From: a virus
DNA: 64,000 bases
Direction: 5' to 3' (one strand)
Virus record (IMG/VR): IMGVR_UViG_3300010399_000032
This document shows positions 37,499-47,316 of the stretch, in pieces; within the stretch, counting starts at the first letter, position 1, and each line of letters opens with the position of its first letter. The notes below the pieces were generated by a model. It was not told where the DNA came from, ran no database searches, and was given only the letters and a program-made list of their open reading frames with translations. Made by a program: the position numbers and the translations under genes.

Positions 37499-38109
37499 AA
37501 CACTACCCCATTCTGTAACCGATTCAAAGGTTGTCTGATCTTATTTTCAGCCATAAATTCCTTTAGACCATCGGATACAGTATTCAACATCATGTCATGA
37601 ATGGCAATAAGCCCACCTGACTTTATTTTTGGATAATAGTTTTTAAGGTCTAGTTTAACATGTTCCTTAGTATGATCACCATCCACAAAAAGGAAATCAT
37701 ACGTTCCGTCAACAAAATAATCGGAAACATTCTCAGCTTTATCATTTATCAAAAAGGCTCGATCCGGATAAAGGGAAAAATTGGTCTGAGCAATCACCTT
37801 GAACTTATCCATAGTATCCTGTTCAAGCTTACCAATCCAATCATCATATTCAAGGAAAGGATCAATAGTTGTCATAACCATACCGGAGCATGATTCGAGG
37901 ATTAAACAGGTTGATTCTCCGCGGGCCGTACCAATTTCAATACCACGGGCTGAACCCTTGCGTTTCAGATATGGAATCAATCCTTTGACAGGAATATAAT
38001 CCAGGGGCCATTCACCTTCATCAGTGAGTTCCCGTATTGTCATAAAATCACTGGGTGTAGGAATAAAGCCCTTGGGCTTAGTCACGATATCGTTTGTCGA
38101 TAATTGCAT
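37483..38109 (-). CDS. SAM methyltransferase (Methyltransf_24-like)
   Basis: IEIGTARG, FVDGDH, GGLIAIHD. Confidence 0.88.
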   Translation of the reverse strand: MQLSTNDIVTKPKGFIPTPSDFMTIRELTDEGEWPLDYIPVKGLIPYLKRKGSARGIEIGTARGESTCLILESCSGMVMTTIDPFLEYDDWIGKLEQDTMDKFKVIAQTNFSLYPDRAFLINDKAENVSDYFVDGTYDFLFVDGDHTKEHVKLDLKNYYPKIKSGGLIAIHDMMLNTVSDGLKEFMAENKIRQPLNRLQNGVVFWTKF

Positions 38110-38977
38110 TTAATTCTCGGATTCTGTTATATTGATGGACGATGGTATATGGTTGCCCATTGGGATTATAGACTGTTCCTTCTTCATCCCAGGAAATTTC
38201 ACCTTGATTGACAAAGTTGTCCTTATAGGGGATTTTATTTCTAAGATATTGCGCTCCAACCTCACCTGAACCTTGTTCAATGGCTTGAGAGGATGTTCCT
38301 ATATGAACAGCCCAATCCGATCCTAATCCAAGGTATTGGGTATTGAGCGACCAAGGAAGTTGCGAAATGGTGATATTAAGAGCCGCTTGATCCGGACCAC
38401 CTCCACCAGGAACATAAGCAGGAGTCCCACGGCAAAGAAGATAGGTATTGAGACACAGGTCCATAAAAACCTCATAATCCCCACCAATAACACCAGCACA
38501 ATAGATTTCATAGTCCTTTACCTTATCAAAAATTACAGGACCAAAAGCCTGAATCATATTGTTCTTTGACCAAGGTTCATCCTTATATCGGAAATTTTCT
38601 GAGCCCAAAACCACAGCACCCATATACAATTCATTTTGAAATGGATCCTTCTGGAAAACTACATCCCTCACATCAGTCATGACAACATAATCAGGTTTCT
38701 CATCCATTTCCTTGAGGAAGTACCATGCATGGATGAACCGTTCAACCACGATATTAAATCCGTCATTGGTTGGATATTTTAGGTCGCCGTTGGCTTCCCT
38801 AGAAAAAGCAAAAATTGAAACACCATGTTTTTCCAGTAACTCCACATCCTTATGATCCATGTTATAAACGATCAATCCGATTGTGCCGGTAAACCCCGTT
38901 CTCTTGATTGATACCAACCAAGGTTCGATTTGTGCATAAGTATAATTCGTTACTGCACCTAAAATCATATCAGTCAT
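38078..38977 (-). CDS. Putative GT-A glycosyltransferase
   Basis: TDVRDVVFQ, DQAALN, IVHQY. Confidence 0.75.
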   Translation of the reverse strand: MTDMILGAVTNYTYAQIEPWLVSIKRTGFTGTIGLIVYNMDHKDVELLEKHGVSIFAFSREANGDLKYPTNDGFNIVVERFIHAWYFLKEMDEKPDYVVMTDVRDVVFQKDPFQNELYMGAVVLGSENFRYKDEPWSKNNMIQAFGPVIFDKVKDYEIYCAGVIGGDYEVFMDLCLNTYLLCRGTPAYVPGGGGPDQAALNITISQLPWSLNTQYLGLGSDWAVHIGTSSQAIEQGSGEVGAQYLRNKIPYKDNFVNQGEISWDEEGTVYNPNGQPYTIVHQYNRIRELNAIIDKRYRD

Positions 38978-39167
38978 TTATTATTTTCCTTATACATTTT
39001 ATGCAATAATTGTTTAACATCTGGGATCCCACTAACACCATATCGATGCAATAAAGAAGCCACTCTAGGATGAAAATAATCCGTAACAGGCGAATATGTT
39101 ACCCTATCATGAGTATGATAAAATCTTACCTTGTACCATTCAGGGAAAAAATTAATAGGTTTCATGA

Positions 39168-39902
39168 TCAATCATTCCTGATATAGAAATCGTCCCATCG
39201 GCTAATCATTTCAAATTTTCTGTAATATCCCTGGGACGTTAACAAATTATATAGCTTTTGTCTAGTTACCTGATTATAATTATGCTCGACCGTTATGCAA
39301 TGTATGTAATATTTCTTGCTCTTGCGGTTTTTAAAAAATGCCTCAAGAATGTCAAATTCCGAACCTTCGGTATCCACTGACATATAATCGATATAGTTTG
39401 TGGATTTAAGCGCCAGAAGATCAACCAAGGAAATGGTAGGAATTTTTAAGATTGACCCATGAGTTCTCTTTTCGGCATGTTCATCATCCTGCCCATAACC
39501 AGAAATAGTTGAAAGATCAAGTTCATCGGTTTGGATAAAATCAATAGTTTCATCCGATTTAGTCCATACACACTTATTGACTATTCTAGATGTTTTGCGG
39601 ATAGAAACAAGTTGAGCAATGTGATTTGGTAATGGTTCTGCGAGAAGGCCTTTCCATGCATATTCAGATTCGAGCAAATATGTGTTCGAACCGGCAATTC
39701 CATCCGCGGCACCAAATTCCACAAAGGTTCCCTGTCTTTTAAAACCGGATTCATAGAGGGCCCACACATCTTGGAGATTTTGAGACTTGGTTTTATCAAA
39801 GTTATAAAGTACCGCGCCCACAAATTTAACGGCTTCGGGATCATCGCTACTTTTTGCATAATTCAAAAACTCATTTAGTTCGTAACCAAAGTTTTGTTCC
39901 AT
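39168..39902 (-). CDS. FkbM-family methyltransferase
   Basis: FVEFGAADG...SNT, SVDTEGSE, TVEHN. Confidence 0.9.
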   Translation of the reverse strand: MEQNFGYELNEFLNYAKSSDDPEAVKFVGAVLYNFDKTKSQNLQDVWALYESGFKRQGTFVEFGAADGIAGSNTYLLESEYAWKGLLAEPLPNHIAQLVSIRKTSRIVNKCVWTKSDETIDFIQTDELDLSTISGYGQDDEHAEKRTHGSILKIPTISLVDLLALKSTNYIDYMSVDTEGSEFDILEAFFKNRKSKKYYIHCITVEHNYNQVTRQKLYNLLTSQGYYRKFEMISRWDDFYIRND

Positions 39903-40660
39903 GGGAAATTATCTCCGTATTGTTTTTTATAATGTTCATTACCTTGGAGGAAGAAATCTTTGGTAACAGAGTTTGGATTACCATCAAGGCGATAGCATAA
40001 GGTATGTAATCCCGAGCAGGCATAATTCTTATTTTGGGTCGGATTACTCAAATCCACAACAGAGGATAACCATCGCCTATCACCACCCCATCCTGAATGC
40101 CATTTATGCCCCATTAATTCTAAAATGCTTCGATGGAAAATAAATGATGATGTATCAATGAGATAGCTGGGAGATTTATTCTGGGTGAACCAAATAGGCC
40201 ATTTTCCCAGGCTCTCACAATTATCATCTAGGAGATAATTTCCATCTACATCATGAATGCTGCGGAGAGAGTAAGCAAATGAAGCATCTGAGTTAGTTTC
40301 CAGTGTTTCAACAAGAGATTCGATGTGATTTGGTTCATACCAGTTGTCCTCATCTAAAAACATAGCATAATCAGTATCTAGGAGGTGTGAAAAAGCCGCA
40401 TAGATACGATGCCCATAATAACCATTCTTTCCTGTATTCCAAGGTAAAGCACAAATAGTCAAACGACCAGAGGATCGCTCAATTTCATAATTTGATAGTT
40501 CATCAGCTACCTTAGAATCAAACTCATTTCCATCAATAACCACAAGGTGTTTGACATTGGTATAAGTTTGTTGTGCAACTGAGAGAACCGCCTTATTAAG
40601 TGTTTCCTTACCTATGGTAGGGGTAATTACCGTAACAGGCTTATTGATCTTTAGTTTCAT
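39875..40660 (-). CDS. GT2 glycosyltransferase
   Basis: VTVITPT, SVAQQTY, FLDEDN. Confidence 0.88.
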   Translation of the reverse strand: MKLKINKPVTVITPTIGKETLNKAVLSVAQQTYTNVKHLVVIDGNEFDSKVADELSNYEIERSSGRLTICALPWNTGKNGYYGHRIYAAFSHLLDTDYAMFLDEDNWYEPNHIESLVETLETNSDASFAYSLRSIHDVDGNYLLDDNCESLGKWPIWFTQNKSPSYLIDTSSFIFHRSILELMGHKWHSGWGGDRRWLSSVVDLSNPTQNKNYACSGLHTLCYRLDGNPNSVTKDFFLQGNEHYKKQYGDNFPWNKTLVTN

Positions 40661-40963
40661 TAAAACTGACCATCACCATCTAGAATAGTTGGGTCCCAAC
40701 CTCCATTACCACTATTTCCCAGGTAATTAATAGATTCTCGATTAAGTTCGGCAGTAACAATACCGGCACACCATGCATTAATTTCATTGATATCTTCCGT
40801 TTCGAAGTTACGATTATACTTATTGGTTATAACATGCAACTCATATATTGGTGCACTTCTCTGTATAATTTCAAGACCGACCACATCTTCGGTTCGGCTT
40901 TTTTTATAGAAACTTTCAATATCTTCTACTCGCAGATATGTATCTTTAATTTTTACAAACATT

Positions 40964-41518
40964 TTATTTCCCCGTTGATCCATGACCACCAATTCGATTC
41001 GTTTTCTGTGCTGGTGGAAAAGCAGTTTCATCCAACTTATATTCAAGCATCTTAACCAATTCACCTTGGGCCAAGCGATCACCAGGTGAAACAGTATATG
41101 CTTCCTCTGTCACATTTAATAGCATAATCACAAACTCGTCCGTATAATCCCAATCAATAACACCCTCACAGTTTGGTAAGGTGATGCCTTTCTTAAGGGA
41201 AATGCCAGAACGAGGATGGATACGGACAGAATATCCCTCCGGAATATCAAAAATCAGTCCGGTTGGAGCCAAAACTCTTTCACCTGGCATAATAGAAAAT
41301 ACACCAGAAGTTCCGATAATTCGATTAATCGGAGCATTATGGGCATCAAATCCCTTGACCTCATTTAATCCTTGCATAGGTTGATAAGACAAGTCAAAGC
41401 AAGCCGAACCTTCGGTGGCGAAGGTCGGCAAGTTAATTGATGGATGTTTTTTGAAGAATTTTAAGGTAGGAACGTTAGGTGTATCTTCGTTTGAAGTTTG
41501 GGTTTTCACTTTTGTCAT
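40964..41518 (-). CDS. dut: Trimeric dUTPase
   Basis: ACFDL, PRSG, GVIDWDY, RLAQ, RIGGHGSTG. Confidence 0.95.
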   Translation of the reverse strand: MTKVKTQTSNEDTPNVPTLKFFKKHPSINLPTFATEGSACFDLSYQPMQGLNEVKGFDAHNAPINRIIGTSGVFSIMPGERVLAPTGLIFDIPEGYSVRIHPRSGISLKKGITLPNCEGVIDWDYTDEFVIMLLNVTEEAYTVSPGDRLAQGELVKMLEYKLDETAFPPAQKTNRIGGHGSTGK

Positions 41519-41533
41519 AATATAACCTTTCGT

Positions 41534-41971
41534 TTATTTGTTTTTTTGCCCTATAGTGTACTTAGCCACCAAATTCCAATCACCTTTCTCTTTGTGAGAG
41601 AGAACTTTGATTTGACTCATTGGTGCCACTGGGCTTGCACTTTTACTCTCATCAACCAAATCATATAACTCCCAATCATGGAGAAGATTTGCGATGGTAT
41701 TTCGTCGGGCCTTATCGTCTTCCGAGAAATCTGCGGCCTTACCATCTAATAAGAACATTTCCTTGAAATGCATAATGGCATATTCGCCTTGTTTATGCAA
41801 AATATGGCATGACTGATAGAGGGTTTTATCCTTTTTTGACGCTATTCCTATTCTGGTGAGAGTTTCCTTGATTTTAAGGAAATCCTCGGGATCAATCAAT
41901 GTGATTTTGAGCCCAAGCCCACGGAATTTATCTGGTTGACCCCCGCTTTCGTTCTGATTTATATTTGTCAT
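41534..41971 (-). CDS. regA: Translational repressor RegA
   Basis: DFLKIKETLTRIGIAS...LYQSCHILHKQG...HFKE. Confidence 0.96.
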   Translation of the reverse strand: MTNINQNESGGQPDKFRGLGLKITLIDPEDFLKIKETLTRIGIASKKDKTLYQSCHILHKQGEYAIMHFKEMFLLDGKAADFSEDDKARRNTIANLLHDWELYDLVDESKSASPVAPMSQIKVLSHKEKGDWNLVAKYTIGQKNK

Positions 41972-42350
41972 TCAATCCACCTTTATCTAGGCGCTTCTTA
42001 ATGTCGCCAATTTGTTCATCTGATAGGAGCCTGAATGCTTCTTTTGCCTTATCCATTGAATACCCATAATACTCTGAAATAGCGTCTAGATCGTCATTGG
42101 ATTCAAGTTTCTGCCATTTTTGAAATGGTCGCCTCCATGCTCGGACGGTATTTAGTAGGTAATGATTTTGCATTACCCCATCTACATTTGGGCGCATATT
42201 CATCTGGTTGGCATAAAAAATACAGTCTCGGTGATAGGATAACGCGCGGTTGACGATATAAGGCACATAATCCTTCTCATTTTCCGGACCAATGACCACT
42301 TCCTTGGTCTGGAGAATAGCCGGAATAATATCTTTAAATAGTTCGGCCAT
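41928..42350 (-). CDS. 62: Clamp loader small subunit (gp62)
   Basis: PYIVNRALS, YYGYS..KA motifs; position before regA. Confidence 0.9.
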   Translation of the reverse strand: MAELFKDIIPAILQTKEVVIGPENEKDYVPYIVNRALSYHRDCIFYANQMNMRPNVDGVMQNHYLLNTVRAWRRPFQKWQKLESNDDLDAISEYYGYSMDKAKEAFRLLSDEQIGDIKKRLDKGGLNDKYKSERKRGSTR

Positions 42351-42739
42351 TATTTCCAACTTACCAAAATGTAACATTGTACATCTTTATTCCCAAATTC
42401 TGATTGGGATATAACACTGTGGTCAAATATATTCCATTGGAATTTGTTGTCCGAATCTGCATTAATTCGGTTCATAACATCCCTTATATGATTATAAAAT
42501 TCCTGATTAGACCATTCGGGGGTCTTATCATCCGTATAAAGGACAATTTCTACATCATCTTTACCGGCCCGAGCCGCCATCATTATATTTAATTTAATAT
42601 ATCCTTCGGAAAATACTTCGATATCTTCCTTAACCTTTCTAGAAATGGTTTGTTCCTTTAATTTTCTTTCCCGTTCTTTTTCAGCCTTAGCTTTCTTGGC
42701 ATTAGCGGTTAAAGCTTTCACATCATCAATAAACATCAT
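42350..42739 (-). CDS. Hypothetical protein inserted between genes 44 and 62
   Basis: 129-aa frame overlapping both neighbours. Confidence 0.6.
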   Translation of the reverse strand: MMFIDDVKALTANAKKAKAEKERERKLKEQTISRKVKEDIEVFSEGYIKLNIMMAARAGKDDVEIVLYTDDKTPEWSNQEFYNHIRDVMNRINADSDNKFQWNIFDHSVISQSEFGNKDVQCYILVSWK

Positions 42740-43677
42740 ATAAACTCACAATCTACCATGATTTCGGTTAACATGGCCACAGTATTAATTTCCTGATCAG
42801 CCACAAAAGCCGCTTGGTATTGGTACTTAGAAATGATAACCACGGCCTGTGGTATGCTGGTCGGCTTGACATATTGATATAATGCGTCATAGATCGACCT
42901 GAAAACCCTGGATTGGTCAACATCAGAATTCAGGACAACCCATTTCCTCATTGATGAGAAATCCTTATTCTTAAGGTTCTCAATCAATTCATTGAGGTTT
43001 TTAATCTCTGAAACTTGGGTAAGAGCACCGGAGTTAAGAGGACCAGAAGCCGCCAACCGTTGAAGTTCATTCAAAGCCCGACGATAATCAGGGAAATACC
43101 TGGTTACCAGTTTAACCAATACATCTTCTTGGTACTCAACATTTTCAAGGTTAAGGATTTCCTTGATACGGTCATAAAAAGCTTTGGCCATTTTAGGTTT
43201 GTCCTTAGATTCCAATCGGAATTCAAAGACAGCCATACGAGAAATGATGGCATCGATCAATTTTGACTTAAAGTTGCATGTCAGAATAAACGTGCAATGT
43301 TTGGTAAACTCATCGATCACCCCACGGAAAGAATTCTGGGCCTCAGGAGTTAGACCATCGACCTCATCCAAGATAATAACCTTGCGCCCACCAGCCTTTA
43401 AGGACATGGATGATGCATAAGAAGAAATCTTGGTTCGGAAGGTATCAACACCACGTTCCTTAGATGCATTGATCTTGATATAACTTAGACCAATTTCATC
43501 ACACATGGCTAGAGCCGCCGTGGTCTTACCTGACCCCGGCGGTCCTGAGAATAGGATATTCGGTATCTGTTTATTTGTTACATATGACTGGAAGGCCGAT
43601 TTCAAGCCAGGAGGTAATATACACTCCTCAACAGTATGAGGTCGGTATTTCTCAGCCCAAAGGAATTCTTCATTCAT
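42736..43677 (-). CDS. 44: Clamp loader large subunit (gp44)
   Basis: LWAEKYRP, GPPGSGKTT, ILDEVD, FPDYRR. Confidence 0.96.
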   Translation of the reverse strand: MNEEFLWAEKYRPHTVEECILPPGLKSAFQSYVTNKQIPNILFSGPPGSGKTTAALAMCDEIGLSYIKINASKERGVDTFRTKISSYASSMSLKAGGRKVIILDEVDGLTPEAQNSFRGVIDEFTKHCTFILTCNFKSKLIDAIISRMAVFEFRLESKDKPKMAKAFYDRIKEILNLENVEYQEDVLVKLVTRYFPDYRRALNELQRLAASGPLNSGALTQVSEIKNLNELIENLKNKDFSSMRKWVVLNSDVDQSRVFRSIYDALYQYVKPTSIPQAVVIISKYQYQAAFVADQEINTVAMLTEIMVDCEFI

Positions 43678-43957
43678 GTTTCACCACAGTATCATAAAAT
43701 TCTTCAAATGTCTCAGAGGCTTCTTTTTCCTCTTGGAAACTGTTTTTATGATATACCTTGGCGATACGTCTGACAAGCTTTTTCTCTACACCCAATTCAT
43801 TGAATAGGTCTTCAAGTATTTGCTTTTGTGCATCGCGTTCGGCTTCCACTCTCAGGAAACTATCCGATAGACTCTGGATACCATCCATTAATTCCTTACG
43901 GGCTTCGTCCGTAAGGTTACTTGGATCAATCGTATGATTGGTGTTTTGCTGGTTCAT
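43670..43957 (-). CDS. T4 DsbA-like double-stranded DNA-binding protein
   Basis: Helical 95-aa protein with AKVYHKNSFQEE motif typical of the family. Confidence 0.65.
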   Translation of the reverse strand: MNQQNTNHTIDPSNLTDEARKELMDGIQSLSDSFLRVEAERDAQKQILEDLFNELGVEKKLVRRIAKVYHKNSFQEEKEASETFEEFYDTVVKHE

Positions 43958-43970
43958 AATTTCCTACCTA

Positions 43971-44429
43971 TTAAAATCGGTTCAGAAAGGTACCTAAATC
44001 CATTTCCTTCATAAATGTCTTAATGAAATCTTTGGCTTCTTCACCACGAAGTTCAACGACCTTGACTTTATCCTTATCAACTTCCTGAGTTGCCTCAGTA
44101 GTTTTAACTACGGTCGCTCCAACTTGACCACCTAAACCCAAGGTATCATATGTTCCAGCCGAAACATCACTGGTCTTCGGGAAGTTAATTTCCTGATCTT
44201 CAACCAGTTCCCAATCCCAAGTTAATAGATCAGCCTGTGAAGCAAGCCAAGGTACCAAATCCCCCTGTGCTGTTTGCATATAGATATATGGCAGGCTCAT
44301 CTTCGAATAAGCATCAGGTCTCTGGATGGCAATCCACATCCCTTTACCATTCCAATTCCTGCGGCGAACCTTGTACCCATCTTCAAGTTGGTCCAATGCC
44401 CATCCAAAATCTTGTTTAAATAGTGTCAT
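43971..44429 (-). CDS. DUF2829 / Tad2-like anti-defence protein with a C-terminal extension
   Basis: FGWAL...G.KVRR.NWNGKGMW...PYI...VPWLASQADLL.DW signature. Confidence 0.8.
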   Translation of the reverse strand: MTLFKQDFGWALDQLEDGYKVRRRNWNGKGMWIAIQRPDAYSKMSLPYIYMQTAQGDLVPWLASQADLLTWDWELVEDQEINFPKTSDVSAGTYDTLGLGGQVGATVVKTTEATQEVDKDKVKVVELRGEEAKDFIKTFMKEMDLGTFLNRF

Positions 44430-44443
44430 AATATATTCCTTTC

Positions 44444-45094
44444 TTACGCGGCGGCCGCCGGATCAGAGGCCTTACCCTTTTCGGATGAATTTTCATCTGA
44501 ACCAGCTTTAATCTTATCTTGTTCCGAGAATCCCATAACTATACCACGAGTAGCATAATCGGCAGAACTTTGAGCCAAGGAGAACATAGTTTCCCGTAGA
44601 TTTCTCTGAGTGCTATTCAGCCACTTATCTGCACCCAGACCATAATCCTTTGCCACATCACCAACCTTGTCAAAATTAGCTCCCAGGAAGATAACTTCCC
44701 AGGCCTTACTCTTGAATTTTTCTACAAGGGTTTTAACCTCATGTTTGTTATATTTCTGGGATGCATTTTCAATTCCGTCGGTCATGACCACGAAAATTGC
44801 CCGGTCCGGATTATCATCCAAAGCCGTCTGCATCATTCGAGCAGATGCATCATAAAGTGGAGTAGTTCCACGCGGTGTTACTTCCTCCAAATTGATATTC
44901 TTCCAATCATCCGTCTTACAATTCCGAATGACCTGATAATCAAATTCATTATTGGCCATATCAAAAATGGCCAATCTGATTTTGGTGTTATGTGGAAGCC
45001 TCTCCGCATAAGCATTAATTGATCCGATGGCTTCTTTTATGAGCCCATTATCATTCATGGATCCAGATCGGTCCAAAAGCATATATACATTCAT
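44444..45094 (-). CDS. von Willebrand factor A domain protein
   Basis: LDRSGSM, GTTPLYDA, TDGIENAS, FLGAN. Confidence 0.9.
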   Translation of the reverse strand: MNVYMLLDRSGSMNDNGLIKEAIGSINAYAERLPHNTKIRLAIFDMANNEFDYQVIRNCKTDDWKNINLEEVTPRGTTPLYDASARMMQTALDDNPDRAIFVVMTDGIENASQKYNKHEVKTLVEKFKSKAWEVIFLGANFDKVGDVAKDYGLGADKWLNSTQRNLRETMFSLAQSSADYATRGIVMGFSEQDKIKAGSDENSSEKGKASDPAAAA

Positions 45095-45750
45095 TTCGTT
45101 TCTTCCTCTAAAGCTATAAAATATCTAAGTGTTTTATCCGTATTTTCGAATGTAGCATAACCCTGCAATGAAATCTTAACATCATAATCAGCCGGAGCCA
45201 ATCTAATGTTATTCATCTTGAAAACAGCTTGGAAATCCTTACCATTATAATTCTCGATAATATATTCCGCTGCATTCGAAAGATCATTTGTCGGATCATA
45301 GACCTTCAATACCAAATTACCCTCCTTACCAATTACGGTAAGATGGGTAAATGTATTAAGATTACCAAGTTTGGTTAATTGTTGGAAAATACTCTGAGTA
45401 AGAGTAAATTCAGCATCAGGAAGGTCAATTGTATTCACCTCATCTGACTTAGTGTGCACAATTGCAGGGTTGCAATAGCCATACTTAAGCTGGAGATTTT
45501 TATCCTTCATGGTTAGATAAGAATCCTGGAAAGTTAGATCAGGATCATTGAATGATGAATAGTTGGCCAAGAATTGGGGCAGATCATAGATAGCAAAAGC
45601 CTTAGGAAAACTATCCTTGAGTACGGCTTGACAGTAAATAAAGTCTTCCGGATGGATGGTTTCCTGTTCATTTCCTTCCTTGATTATCAAGGAATCGTTG
45701 ATGGTTGCAAAATTCTTTAGTACAGCTACAGTTGATTCATGTAATTTCAT
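45091..45750 (-). CDS. 45: Sliding clamp (gp45)
   Basis: LKNFATIN, FAIYDL..FL, YFIALE; synteny with 44/62. Confidence 0.93.
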   Translation of the reverse strand: MKLHESTVAVLKNFATINDSLIIKEGNEQETIHPEDFIYCQAVLKDSFPKAFAIYDLPQFLANYSSFNDPDLTFQDSYLTMKDKNLQLKYGYCNPAIVHTKSDEVNTIDLPDAEFTLTQSIFQQLTKLGNLNTFTHLTVIGKEGNLVLKVYDPTNDLSNAAEYIIENYNGKDFQAVFKMNNIRLAPADYDVKISLQGYATFENTDKTLRYFIALEEETK

Positions 45751-45782
45751 GTCACATCCTCATATTATTTAAACATTATAGA

Positions 45783-46214
45783 TTATTTCTTTTCGGATGT
45801 CAAGCTTGCTTTGCGCGCTCGGTGATCCTTTACCGCTTTTTCAAGCAAATCTGGATTTTCTTTCAGTAATTCATGTAGATATCCAGAAGCATTGAAAATA
45901 ACCCCACATAACGCCCAAACAATTCCTTCATGGACCTTTTCCTCAAACCCACGGTGGAACGCCCACCAGTCAAAAAAGTGCCGCCAACCCGATTTCATAT
46001 AACTAGACAAAGGAATTCCTTGTTGCCAGTTATCAGACTCTCGGAGACCAGCGGCGGTATGGCGATTTTCATTCATATATGTGCCAAAGGCTTCTACCAC
46101 CAGGGGTGAATAGAAGCCTTCATAATCAATTTTGGTAACGTCTATATTCCTGGTGGCACCTGTTCCAAAATCTCGCATTCCGTTTTTAATTTCTACATTG
46201 GTAGATTTTGCCAT
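45783..46214 (-). CDS. dATP/dGTP diphosphohydrolase-domain protein (DUF5664-like)
   Basis: FGTGATR...K.DY...DNWQQGIP...S..RH pattern. Confidence 0.65.
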   Translation of the reverse strand: MAKSTNVEIKNGMRDFGTGATRNIDVTKIDYEGFYSPLVVEAFGTYMNENRHTAAGLRESDNWQQGIPLSSYMKSGWRHFFDWWAFHRGFEEKVHEGIVWALCGVIFNASGYLHELLKENPDLLEKAVKDHRARKASLTSEKK

Positions 46215-46437
46215 TGTTTAATATCTCCTATAAATCATAAATTTGTCAAAACTATTCGGCTAATGGTTTACCTATATTTTCCATTATCAACATCCTCTAA
46301 GTTCCGGGCTATAGCCATACGTATAGGAAAGGTAATAATGGCGGGGCGGCCGCCTGGATTCAGGTCATCCGTTAAAGGTTGCTTATATGCCTCCGCAAAA
46401 AGAGAAACAGATGATCGTAAATTACCCCACAATTTCT

Positions 46438-47232
46438 TTACAATTTTCCTGTCCATCTTGCCACGGCTTCCATATTGCCTTCAAATCCATAGGTACCTAT
46501 GTGAGTGGTTTTCATCCATGGGCAGAGCCAGATAGAACCACCAATTGCTCTCCAATACTGGCAGAACATATAATCTTCCGATAGATAACGATGAGACACT
46601 GGATCAATCACCGTATCAAAATACGCATGAATGGTTCGGCTTCCATCAAAATTCTGTTGCCCAGCATGATCAGGCTTATATTCAAGGTGTGGATACTCCT
46701 CTTTGAATTTAAGGAATACATTCCTCTTGATCAACATAAATCCAGTACCAATCTCCATAACCTCTAAAGGTTCATGCACGGAAAACTTGGTTGTTCCAGG
46801 AACAGGGTTAAACACATAATCACCTGTCACCTTTTGGATTTCCTCCGGAGTAATGTCAGGTTTACTCATTGCTTCCTGTACATTCTTCCAGTTAATTGAC
46901 TTTTTAGGATATGGTCCACCGATAATGTCCTTATCAAGAGCAATGAGGGCTAAAACATCCTGAGGGTCAAATCCTATATCAGAATCAATGAAAAGTAAAT
47001 GGGTAAATTGCTCATTTCTCAAAAATTCATCCACAAGGTAATTACGGGCTCGTGTAATTAAGGATTCATTGAAAAGGAAAGAAAAACGACTTTCGACACC
47101 ATATGCCTGGAAAAGGGTTTGAAGGTCTAAAACCGATTTAGTATAAAGCCCGGCACACTGGCCGCCATACATCGGAGTACATACGAATATCTTGTTTTTA
47201 CGAAGGTCCTCAATATTGATTTTAAGTTCCAT
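46438..47232 (-). CDS. GT-A fold glycosyltransferase-like protein
   Basis: TPMYGG, ESLITRARN, FIDSDI, GTGFMLI, SEDYMFC. Confidence 0.8.
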   Translation of the reverse strand: MELKINIEDLRKNKIFVCTPMYGGQCAGLYTKSVLDLQTLFQAYGVESRFSFLFNESLITRARNYLVDEFLRNEQFTHLLFIDSDIGFDPQDVLALIALDKDIIGGPYPKKSINWKNVQEAMSKPDITPEEIQKVTGDYVFNPVPGTTKFSVHEPLEVMEIGTGFMLIKRNVFLKFKEEYPHLEYKPDHAGQQNFDGSRTIHAYFDTVIDPVSHRYLSEDYMFCQYWRAIGGSIWLCPWMKTTHIGTYGFEGNMEAVARWTGKL

Positions 47233-47316
47233 TATTAATTCACCTATGGTATGGGCGCTCCACGACGCCTTCTCTCTTTATATAGGTGCCCGGGACACCA
47301 TTTATGGAGGTGAACT

